DNA from: Methylocaldum marinum | GTDB lineage: Bacteria; Pseudomonadota; Gammaproteobacteria; Methylococcales; Methylococcaceae | Length of the DNA: 32,000 bases | NCBI RefSeq assembly: GCF_003584645.1 | Contig: NZ_AP017928.1 | Coordinates: forward strand, 1,928,395 to 1,960,394 | Direction: 5' to 3' | Program-made: the position numbers and the translations under genes | The notes under the pieces: generated by a model | The model's database searches: none | What the model was told of the DNA's origin: nothing | Seen by the model: only the letters and a program-made list of their open reading frames with translations | Shown: positions 20,299 to 28,606 of the stretch, one piece after another | Numbering within the stretch: the first letter of the stretch is position 1 | Layout of the letters: each line of letters opens with the position of its first letter

Positions 20299-20541
20299 AT
20301 GGAAAAATCTTCCACAACCATGAATTCACGATTGTCCCAATCAAGCACCAAAATCCCCCTCGGCACGGCAGTTCTGTATAAACCCAAACGACCCCGGTTT
20401 TTCAACGACGCCTACCTGCCCGGCCAACCCGCCATTATCAGGCGGTATTCGCGCTTCAAAAGCAGCGACTGTTTCATCGAATTTCCTTCAGGGGGCATCT
20501 TGCGAGTGCCCGAGAGCGATATCGAGCCCGTCGTAGCCTAA
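20299..20541 (+). CDS. Small hypothetical protein (80 aa)
   Basis: Isolated ORF. TATAAT at 20295-20300 overlaps the ATG, so the real start could be ATG 20320. No family recognised. Confidence 0.35.
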   Translation: MEKSSTTMNSRLSQSSTKIPLGTAVLYKPKRPRFFNDAYLPGQPAIIRRYSRFKSSDCFIEFPSGGILRVPESDIEPVVA

Positions 20542-20882
20542 CAACAATTACCCGCCGATCCGGTTCAAACCCCATGGCCACTCCAAAATCGAGCATGGCG
20601 AACGCGACTTGACGGCTCGCGCGAAGCCTTCATGGCACTTCCTCTGCAACGCCAAAGCCGGGGCACCCGAAAGCATTGCCAATCGCTGCGCCGACTTCGC
20701 CCCGGAAAGGCGAAAGCCCACGTTTTCGGTCCCGTGCCCGCGTTTCGTACGCAGCACGGGATCAACGAAAGCGTGTGGGCAAGGGGCTCCCGCGTAGCCG
20801 CAAATTTTCCTATCGAGTTCGTCCCCCAAACGGCCTATCCATTACGGCAACGCCGGGCACACCCGCAAACATCGCGCGTTCC

Positions 20883-21524
20883 TTATATCCACCTGAGCTC
20901 CAGTGCCCTGAGCACCGCGCGAGTTCGGTCGCGCACGCCGAGCTTGGAAAGAATGCTGGAAACGTGATTCTTGACGGTGCCCTCGCTGACTCCCAGCACA
21001 TCCGCGACTTCGCGGTTGCTGTAACCGCCCGCCATGAACCGTAGCACTTCGATCTCGCGGCGAGTCAGGGACTCCGGGGACGCAAGGCTCTCGAACTGCT
21101 TCGGGACGGACTCGAGTACGGCGCGGCTCCGCTCGGTCACGGCCGGAAGAATCAACGTTTCACCCGCCGCGACCCGGCGTATCGCATCGGTCAGGCGCTC
21201 GAAAGAAACGTCCTTGAGCAAGAATCCTCGAGCACCGTTACGGACGCCTTCGAACAGTGCTTCGTCATCATCGAAGGTAGTCAGCAGGATGGTCGGCGGC
21301 AGCCGGTTTTCGCCCTGCAATACCTTGAGCACCTCGACTCCGGACATGCGCGGCATGCGTACGTCAAGCAGCACCACCTCGGGCGTGGTCTGGACGATGG
21401 TCCGCAGCGCCGAGTCTCCGTCCGCCGCTTCCCCGACCACGACAATATCCGCCGTGAGTTCGAGAAGCTGCCGAATGCCGTGCCGCACCAGCGTGTGATC
21501 ATCCACCAATACGAGCCGGATCAT
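20883..21524 (-). CDS. NarL/FixJ (LuxR-type) two-component response regulator, orphan
   Basis: Receiver domain 'MIRLVLVDDH...VVLLDVRMPRMSG...LLTTFDDD'. C-terminal LuxR HTH 'LTRREIEVLRFMAGGYSNREVADVLGVSEGTVKNHVSSILSKLG'. ATG 21524 chosen; the track ORF has a 65-aa spurious extension. Confidence 0.9.
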   Translation of the reverse strand: MIRLVLVDDHTLVRHGIRQLLELTADIVVVGEAADGDSALRTIVQTTPEVVLLDVRMPRMSGVEVLKVLQGENRLPPTILLTTFDDDEALFEGVRNGARGFLLKDVSFERLTDAIRRVAAGETLILPAVTERSRAVLESVPKQFESLASPESLTRREIEVLRFMAGGYSNREVADVLGVSEGTVKNHVSSILSKLGVRDRTRAVLRALELRWI

Positions 21525-22232
21525 GCAGTCCTCGGCGGAAGGCCGAGGCCGCAGCCCCATGGCGACGCAAGCCGAACGAAGCCGCTGCTGGCTGCGATGC
21601 GCTTGCTCATCGCGGTTAATCCGCTTCCCGGCAGCATCGCTCCGGTAGAACGCCGGAGAGGAAAAACGCGAAATAAGAGTCGCCGGGTTTCGCCGAACGC
21701 CTGGCGCACAGACGCACAAACCCTGACCGAGGCCTCGAGGAGCCGGCCTTCTGTCGCAAATACCCTGGCACAGCGATGTTCGCTAGACCGGCGATCAAAT
21801 GGAGGGCCAGCAGCATGATGTCGAATTGATCATCCTTGTAACAATCGAGTATCTATGTACCGCGGAGAAGGCGGGCGGCACGTGAGCGGAGAGAAGACGA
21901 TAAGAGCAATGTAAAACCACGCGTAATCCCTTTCGGCATAGACTTCGGGCGTGAAGGCAAACACTTTACGGCGACCGCGGACCAAGCCGGAAATCCGGCC
22001 CATCACAGCAACGTTTCCGCGCGTATCGCCTGCATGGCCCGTGCATTCTAGGGAATGCCTTTTGCTTATCGCCATAGGCCGGAAGTCATGCCCGCGCAAT
22101 GACTTCCGGCACGGGCGCGAGGCAGATCCTACCCTATATAGTCGGCCCCGCCGTCGCACCCGTCGTAGAAGTGGGATATGGAGGGTTTCTCAACGGCTCC
22201 ACTTTCGCATCTCGCATCATGGATAACGCAAT

Positions 22233-22697
22233 ATGAAACATAGTCTATTCGGTATTTTCCTTCTTGTTTTAATTCTCGGGCTGGAAGGGTTTAACCCGAA
22301 AGAGGCATCAGCCGAACAGCAATCGATCCTCGAAATGTATGCCATTAGCCATGGCGGATCAACGGGAATAAGCCCTCCGCTGGGGGCAACAATCGATGAC
22401 CAGTCATTCGGTGGCGGAACCGCAAAAGCTCGCCTGCGATTCGAAACCGCTCAGGACGCCGGCCGCCTTTCCCTGAAAGTCTGGAGAAGAGTTCGTTCGG
22501 GAGAATTCGTATTCGCCCTGCTGGTCTTTCAAATAGACGTCCGCGGATATGACGATCAAGGGCAGCTCGTTTATTCCACCTCACCGGAACCGTTTAGCTT
22601 CGGCGACAGCGCATCCGGTTTCTGGTCGGCAAATCTCGAGGATCTCCCGCCCGATATCCAGAAAATCGAAATCGTGTTTTACGGAAACTACGAATAA
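22233..22697 (+). CDS. Hypothetical secreted protein (154 aa)
   Basis: N-terminal signal peptide 'MKHSLFGIFLLVLILGLEG...ASAEQ'. No family recognised and no clear SD. Confidence 0.5.
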   Translation: MKHSLFGIFLLVLILGLEGFNPKEASAEQQSILEMYAISHGGSTGISPPLGATIDDQSFGGGTAKARLRFETAQDAGRLSLKVWRRVRSGEFVFALLVFQIDVRGYDDQGQLVYSTSPEPFSFGDSASGFWSANLEDLPPDIQKIEIVFYGNYE

Positions 22698-22827
22698 CAG
22701 GGCTCGGGCAACCGGAACCGTAGACGCAAGACAACAGAGACCGGCTCCTCTCCGCCTTTGGACACTCTCTACAGCCGTCGCTCCACCGTGTTCCGGTTGC
22801 CGGGCGGTCCACCGCTCGGGGCGGCGC

Positions 22828-23883
22828 TTACAGGACCGCCCTAAGGGACTCCACCAACGCCCGACACTGCGAGTCGGTACCGATGGTCATGCGAAGGAAT
22901 TGCTCGATACGCGGCTGCCTGAAATGCCGCACGATAATCTTCCTCTGGCGGAGCAGTGCCGCCAACTCCGCGGCATCCCGCAGCGGATGCCGAACCAGGA
23001 CGAAGTTCGCGCTCGAGGGCAATATTTCGAATCCCAGCCCGGACAACTCACGCATGAGCCACTCCCGGCTCCGGACCACTGCCAGGCGGGTTCTCTCGAA
23101 ATGATCCCGATCCTCAAGTGCCGCCACCGCACCGGCAATGGCCAGACGATCGAGCGGATAGGAATTGAAGCTGCCTTTCACGCGCTCCAATGCCTCGATC
23201 AAACCGGCGTCTCCGATGGCGAATCCGACCCGAAGGCCCGCCAGCGACCGCGATTTGGACAGGGTCTGGATCACCAGCAGATTGGGGAAGCGCTTGACCA
23301 GCGGAACCGCCGTCTCGCCGCCGAAATCGATGTAGGCCTCGTCGATCACCACGACCGATTCCGTGTTGTTTTCGAGTAGCGCTCCGATCTCGGCGAGCGG
23401 CAGCAGGCAACCGGTCGGCGCGTTCGGATTCGGGAAGATGATTCCGCCGTTGGTTAGCCGGTAATCGCCGATCCGGATCTCGAAGCGCTCGGAAAGCGGA
23501 ATGCAGATGTGCTCGATGGCGTAAAGGCCGCAGTAGACCGGATAAAAGCTATAGGTAATGTCCGGAAACAGAATGGGCAGATCGTGCTTCAGCAGGGCCT
23601 GAAATGTATGCGCCAGCACCTCGTCCGATCCATTGCCGACGAAGACTTGCTGCGTCTCGACGCCGTAAAATCGAGCAGCGGCCTGTTTCAAGCGCTCGGC
23701 ATCGGGATCGGGGTAAAGCCGCAGCGTTTCTCCGATCTCGCCCTGCAAGGCCTCCAAGACTCTGGGCGACGGCGGATACGGATTTTCGTTGGTGTTGAGC
23801 TTGATGAGATCGTTCAACCTGGGCTGTTCGCCAGGCGTATAAGGCGTCAAATCCCGGACGGCGGGACTCCAAAATTTATTCAC
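22828..23883 (-). CDS. hisC: Histidinol-phosphate aminotransferase
   Basis: '[12 protein letters not shown]', 'LYPDP', 'GNGSDEVL', 'FPNPNAPTG', 'IDEAYIDF' and '[15 protein letters not shown]' (PLP lysine). GTG start overlaps the GNAT stop by 8 nt. Confidence 0.9.
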   Translation of the reverse strand: MNKFWSPAVRDLTPYTPGEQPRLNDLIKLNTNENPYPPSPRVLEALQGEIGETLRLYPDPDAERLKQAAARFYGVETQQVFVGNGSDEVLAHTFQALLKHDLPILFPDITYSFYPVYCGLYAIEHICIPLSERFEIRIGDYRLTNGGIIFPNPNAPTGCLLPLAEIGALLENNTESVVVIDEAYIDFGGETAVPLVKRFPNLLVIQTLSKSRSLAGLRVGFAIGDAGLIEALERVKGSFNSYPLDRLAIAGAVAALEDRDHFERTRLAVVRSREWLMRELSGLGFEILPSSANFVLVRHPLRDAAELAALLRQRKIIVRHFRQPRIEQFLRMTIGTDSQCRALVESLRAVL

Positions 23884-24343
23884 GTATGGCTGACTCCAGC
23901 TTCATGGGTATAGAGATCACGCCCGAAATGTCGACCGCTTCGGACTGCCTGACGAATCCGAATTTCTCGTATAAGCCGACGGCATAGCGAGACGAGTTGA
24001 CGGTGAACACGCCGGGATTTCCGGCATCGAGACAAACCGCTTTGGCGACTTCCCACAGCCTTCTCGCCAAGCCCCGACCCTGGAAACGCTCCGAGACGAA
24101 CAAATGATACAGATGGCAATTGTCCCTGATCGCGACCACACCGGCCAATTCGCCATTTTCTTCCGCAAGGTGATAGCGGTAACCCGACTCCAGGTAGCTC
24201 TTGATCGCGGCTTCGTTCATCGACTCGAGCAAGCGGCCGGCTCCCTCCTCGGAAAATTCGTGAGCGATGTACTTGCCGGTGAGATCGCGAAGGAGCGCGC
24301 TGATGCGTCGCGCATCATCCGGAGTGGCAGCTCGAATGTCCAT
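23876..24343 (-). CDS. GNAT family N-acetyltransferase
   Basis: Acetyl-CoA motif A '[17 protein letters not shown]' and 'GLYEKFGF'. 155 aa. Confidence 0.85.
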   Translation of the reverse strand: MDIRAATPDDARRISALLRDLTGKYIAHEFSEEGAGRLLESMNEAAIKSYLESGYRYHLAEENGELAGVVAIRDNCHLYHLFVSERFQGRGLARRLWEVAKAVCLDAGNPGVFTVNSSRYAVGLYEKFGFVRQSEAVDISGVISIPMKLESAIRE

Positions 24344-24476
24344 TTTTGCTTCGTCCGGCAGTCAATGAACGAAGTTGTTCCGTCGGATAGGTCGAGGTGC
24401 TTCCGGCGGGAACACGGGAAGTGTCGAACGCGGGTAATGTCAAAGATGTTTCCGTCTTCATCGGGCGATTTGCCAA

Positions 24477-24980
24477 TCAGGCTGGTTCGAAGAGTGCCTC
24501 ACCGGTCGTCATGCCTGGGGAAATCTCCGCTACATTCGATAATGCTCTATGCGGACCGGAGGTCTTTCTCCATGCCGTCAATACCTGCGCTAATAGCTCC
24601 GCGCACCAGCTCGGCCACCGATGCGGCATCTTCGGGCTCCGATTCGAAATCGAAAGCAAGAAATGCTCGACACATTGGACGCGCTCGCTAGCGCTCTTCT
24701 TAAGGGGCAAATTATCCTCAATTTCTTCTATCGAATATTTGGGGAAAACATCTCGACAGTCCACCCGCATTTCGGCGCAATCTCTCACTATGCCACGACA
24801 AAAAACATTTAACCCCCATGGGGTAAGGCGCGCCGAAACCCCGGATACATTTCCAAAAGACCCAAGATCACTGCGAAAACTTTGAAAACCGGCGAGTCCG
24901 CCACGACAGACCGTGATCTCAAGGTTGTCCCTGCCGATGAATCGCAATTTTGAAGAGGGATCGAGGGAGATGTAAAACAC
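24477..24980 (-). CDS. Hypothetical ORF of doubtful coding status
   Basis: Longest ORF in a visibly AT-richer 0.9-kb stretch. No SD and no family. Plus-strand ORFs of similar length compete with it. Confidence 0.3.
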   Translation of the reverse strand: MFYISLDPSSKLRFIGRDNLEITVCRGGLAGFQSFRSDLGSFGNVSGVSARLTPWGLNVFCRGIVRDCAEMRVDCRDVFPKYSIEEIEDNLPLKKSASERVQCVEHFLLSISNRSPKMPHRWPSWCAELLAQVLTAWRKTSGPHRALSNVAEISPGMTTGEALFEPA

Positions 24981-25225
24981 CGGCCGAACACCGGATCCCT
25001 TTCGGTTTTCTGATCGGACCGACGTGCCCTAACGCCAAGTGATGGCGCCGTTGCCGCGCAAGCCGTCGTCGGTAAGCGAAAACGCCATATCCGCCGCGAA
25101 TCTACGCCGCCAAAGTATCCCGGTCAATTGCAGGCGGGTTAAGACTAAGCGCACAACTCGAGACGTCCGGCCCGGAAAATTCCGGAATGTGCCGCCCCGC
25201 TTCTTTTCAAAGGCATAGACCCGGT

Positions 25226-27193
25226 TTAGTGCCGTTCTTGTCGCTTCCGCTCTTTATCCGGAATTTTCTCTTTGGATGTCGCGGCGTCGACCAGCGCGTG
25301 GCATTCGCTGTCCTCGGCCAGGCCGAGCTCGACCCAGGGGATCAAAGCCGCGACAGGTGTCAACAGCGCGCCCAGCGCTATTGAAGCCGCGCCGCGGGCG
25401 ATCAGGGGTGCAGGCTCGGGATAGGGGCGCGGTTTTTTCAGGTTACCTTCGATCTTGATCGGATTGCGTGCGCTGAACGGGCTGAAATCCTTGGGATGCG
25501 CGGTCAGGCGGAGATCCAGAGCCTCGGTGGCCAGATTCACCTGGCCTTCCATCAAAACGTTGGTATCGGTGGTATCCATCAGGAATAGCTGAGTCTTCAA
25601 CACGCCGTCGCTGACGATGAAATCGGCAATGGTGCAACGGACCGGAATACTCGGATCCGTCCCTATGAGTTTCTGTAGACTCTCCGCGAAATCAATGCCG
25701 AACAGTTCCATCATCAGGTTGCTGATGCGACCCTGTTCCATCAGGATCAACACGCCGCCGTCGGCGTGCGCGGCCATCTCCGCCACCGAATTTCCGGCCG
25801 TGCTGAGGTGCAGGCGTCCGTAGAAGGTTCCGGCAGTCTCTGCTTCGAACGGCGTTCCGGCGGCCAGGCGCTTGAACGGCACCTTGTCGATTTTTCCTTT
25901 GACTTCGGTCTGTAATTTGTCGCCACGTGCGTTCAGTGTCACATCGGAATCGATTGCTCCGAAACCCACGGTAAGTTTTACCGGTTGGATCTGCAGGATG
26001 CCTTGATCCATTTTGATGTGGACGGACACGTCGTCGACCGGCATCCAGGGGGTCACGATATTGCCGCTTTGAAAGCGCACGTCCCCGTCGGCAGCGCGCA
26101 AGCCCTCCACGGGATACGGCTTGTCGGGAAGCAGTCTCGGGCGCTCCGGTTCCTCCGGGGACGGCGTCGGATCGGCACCGAAGACGCCAACGAAGTCCTT
26201 GAAGTCGAGTTTGCGGGAGACCAAGTCGCCTTGGAGATAGGGCCGCTCGTCCCTCATCGTGAACATCAGGTCGCCGGTGAGATCGCTGTCACCGAGACTG
26301 CCTTCGAATCCTTTCAACAACCAGCGTTCGCCCTCGCGCTTAATCTTTCCGCTGAATCGATACGGTGGCGTTTCCGGTATCCACATGGGCACGATGGAGG
26401 CGATAGCCGCAAGATCCGGCCCTTTTGCCTCGAACTGCAAATCAGGCCCCTCGAGCTCCAAGGGTTCGGCGATCGTACCCGATACTTTTGCCGCGGTCTT
26501 GCCGTACTCGACCTCGACGTTAACCGGGAAAGGCTGGTTTTCTTCCCAAAGATCGAGCACCGAACCGCCTCTGACCTTCAGTGTGAATTGCTCCTGCTGC
26601 AGCCGGCCCCGACCGCTCAGTTCGACCGCCTGCTCGTCCGACTCGCCGACCACCGTCGAAACGTTCATGTCCAAGTGCGTATCCGTGCCCGGATCGCGGA
26701 ACAACAAGCGGCCGTCGTCGATAGCGAGGCTGCCGATCTTCGGAACCCATCTTTCGCTAACGGGGGCTTCGGCCGGTTCCCGCTTGTCTTTTTTGTCGCC
26801 GAACTCCCAATTGGCCATTCCCTCGGGATTCCGTTCGAGCACTATGTGGGGTTTCGAGACGCGGACTTCCGGAAGTACGATGCGCCCTTTGAAGAGTTCC
26901 GGAATTCGGACGGCGAAAGCCAGCCGGTCGAGGGTAAACATCTCCGGTTCGCTTCCCCAGGCTGCGTTGGCCAGTTCCACATCGTTGATCGTGAAACGCG
27001 GCGTCCACGACCAGTCGGCGCTCAGATCGCCATTGATCGCGAATTCGCGGCCCAGGGACTTGCTGACTGCCGTGGACAAGGGCTCGCGAAGCCTGTTCAG
27101 ATCGAAGAAGGCTATGACGAGAACAATGGTTAGAACCAGAATCCCGATCAAGGCACCAATTCCGATAGCGATCCATGTCAAGACGCGCAGCAT
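25226..27193 (-). CDS. AsmA family outer-membrane assembly protein
   Basis: N-terminal anchor 'MLRVLTWIAIGIGALIGILVLTIVLVIAFF' followed by 'LSTAVSKSLGREFAINGDLSADWSWTPRFTINDVELAN', typical of AsmA-like proteins. ATG 27193 preferred to the TTG at 27205. Confidence 0.85.
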   Translation of the reverse strand: MLRVLTWIAIGIGALIGILVLTIVLVIAFFDLNRLREPLSTAVSKSLGREFAINGDLSADWSWTPRFTINDVELANAAWGSEPEMFTLDRLAFAVRIPELFKGRIVLPEVRVSKPHIVLERNPEGMANWEFGDKKDKREPAEAPVSERWVPKIGSLAIDDGRLLFRDPGTDTHLDMNVSTVVGESDEQAVELSGRGRLQQEQFTLKVRGGSVLDLWEENQPFPVNVEVEYGKTAAKVSGTIAEPLELEGPDLQFEAKGPDLAAIASIVPMWIPETPPYRFSGKIKREGERWLLKGFEGSLGDSDLTGDLMFTMRDERPYLQGDLVSRKLDFKDFVGVFGADPTPSPEEPERPRLLPDKPYPVEGLRAADGDVRFQSGNIVTPWMPVDDVSVHIKMDQGILQIQPVKLTVGFGAIDSDVTLNARGDKLQTEVKGKIDKVPFKRLAAGTPFEAETAGTFYGRLHLSTAGNSVAEMAAHADGGVLILMEQGRISNLMMELFGIDFAESLQKLIGTDPSIPVRCTIADFIVSDGVLKTQLFLMDTTDTNVLMEGQVNLATEALDLRLTAHPKDFSPFSARNPIKIEGNLKKPRPYPEPAPLIARGAASIALGALLTPVAALIPWVELGLAEDSECHALVDAATSKEKIPDKERKRQERH

Positions 27194-27648
27194 AAGCTTT
27201 CCCAAGGAAATAGGTAACTGGGCTAATCGGCATTCCGCAGAGTAAGGGCCGGTACCGTTTCAAGCTCGTCCCTGATTCCGCTCTTAATGTCCAAAGTTCT
27301 CTCAGCGCCGCGGGCCACACGCACCGTCCGTGCCTTGCTGCCGGCGACTCCGCGCGATCGTGTGATGCCTCGCCGGATAGGCCGGTCGCCGTCCCACTTC
27401 TCTATAAATCGTTATGACCGCCGATCCGACAAAAAAGTCGTCGGAAAGATGCTTCCATCCGTAAGGCAGTGCGGACCATCGTTCCCCGACGACTTCGCTA
27501 CCGGTCCGAACCGGCCGCTTATGGAACTTTTATTTTAGTATCGCATCGATACTATTACCCCGCCTCGGCGCCCCTCACTGGGTGGTCCAAGCGAGGCATA
27601 AGCATTACTGAGACGAATCCGCGTCCTTGCAGATTTCTGGAGACGATC

Positions 27649-27975
27649 ATGTTCAAGCTTTTCACGCCCAATTCCATTACCCCGATCCCTGCCATCCTGA
27701 CCTTGAGCGCTCTGATGTTCTCGGCAACGACACTAGCCCAGGAGGCGCCTGTCGAGGCTACCTCCGACGCAGTCGAATATTGCCAATCGCTCGGTATGGT
27801 GAGTGGACACTCGGGATATGGAAAGCATGGCGGCGTGCACTGGGAGCGCATCGCCAAAGGCCGGGCGCTACGGAAAGCGGACAGTCTCGGAGCCACTCAT
27901 ATCGTATGGGAGAGCGCCAACCCGCGCGGCGCATTCAATGGACATGTAACCGGCAACATCTACGAGTGTGAATGA
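27649..27975 (+). CDS. Small secreted protein (108 aa), possibly DUF4156-like
   Basis: Signal peptide 'ILTLSALMFSATTLAQE'. Cys near the N-terminus and a 'GNIYEC' C-terminus with 'SLGATHIVW' recall DUF4156 lipoproteins, but the assignment is uncertain. The track ORF starts earlier (27469). Confidence 0.6.
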   Translation: MFKLFTPNSITPIPAILTLSALMFSATTLAQEAPVEATSDAVEYCQSLGMVSGHSGYGKHGGVHWERIAKGRALRKADSLGATHIVWESANPRGAFNGHVTGNIYECE

Positions 27976-27982
27976 TAATCCG

Positions 27983-28015
27983 GCTCCGGGAGCGGCGTTG
28001 TGCTGCTCCCGGAGC
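27983..28015 (+). terminator. GC-rich hairpin 8 nt after the stop of the small secreted-protein gene
   Basis: GCTCCGGGAGC (27983-27993) pairs with GCTCCCGGAGC (28005-28015), extendable by 3 more pairs around a GTTGT loop. No T-tract follows. Confidence 0.4.
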
Positions 28016-28056
28016 TGAACGCACAGGTCTTTACGGGCACTCGCATGTCGGGAATT

Positions 28057-28266
28057 CCTTCCAATCGCAAACGGTGTCCCCGGGAGCGCCGGAGCCACCC
28101 TTCCAATCGCAAACGGTGTCCCCGGGAGCGCCGGAGCCACCCTTCCAATCGCAAACGGTGTCTCCGGGAGCGCCGGAGCCACCCTTCCAATCGCAAACGG
28201 TGTCTCCGGGAGCGCCGGAGCCACCCTTCCAATCGCAAACGGTGTCTCCAGGAGCGCCGAAGCCCC
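28057..28266. repeat. Tandem repeat, 5 x 42 bp (CCTTCCAATCGCAAACGGTGTCYCCGGGAGCGCCGGAGCCAC)
   Basis: Units begin at 28057, 28099, 28141, 28183 and 28225. Units 1-2 carry TCCCCGGG, units 3-4 TCTCCGGG, and unit 5 is degenerate. Each unit holds the hairpin CTCCGG-gagcg-CCGGAG. Intergenic, between convergent genes. Confidence 0.9.
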
Positions 28267-28606
28267 CTTCCCAACGGTGCGGTTAGGCCCGCGGGTTCGT
28301 AGACAAAGCATCCCCGACCTTTAAACGCTTAGAAGCCGCAGTACCACAGGTGGTCCATCACCCGTGTAATCGGGGAGGTGGCGGTTTCACCCGGGCGGTA
28401 ATCGGTGGACGGGACGACGGGCACACTTCATCCGGCGTTTCTACGCGGTCCGAGCGAACGACTGCCGTTTCGGGAATCAAACATGTTCCGAACCGGCGTA
28501 CTGCTCCGAGACGGGTGACAAGGGTCGGCCGACGACCGCTTTAGGCCTGCGGGATCAGCACACATGATGGTTTTCAAATCCGGGATGCCGTTCCGTGGAT
28601 AAAGTT

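Noticed and set aside
28057-28266. The 42-bp repeat array as a CRISPR array
   Set aside because: The units are directly contiguous with no unique spacers, and no cas genes are nearby. It is a tandem repeat.
27868-28311. A repeat-peptide protein ('PFAIGRVAPALPET' x5) encoded across the tandem repeat
   Set aside because: All six frames are open only because the unit is 42 bp and GC-rich. The ORF overlaps the 3' end of the convergent secreted-protein gene and has no start context.
28283-28555. Direct repeats TTAGGCCYGCGGG (28283-28295 and 28541-28553) as ends of a small mobile element or sRNA
   Set aside because: The match is only 13 bp (12/13) and is centred on a GC-rich palindromic core. No flanking similarity or recognisable RNA motif lies between the copies, so chance cannot be excluded.
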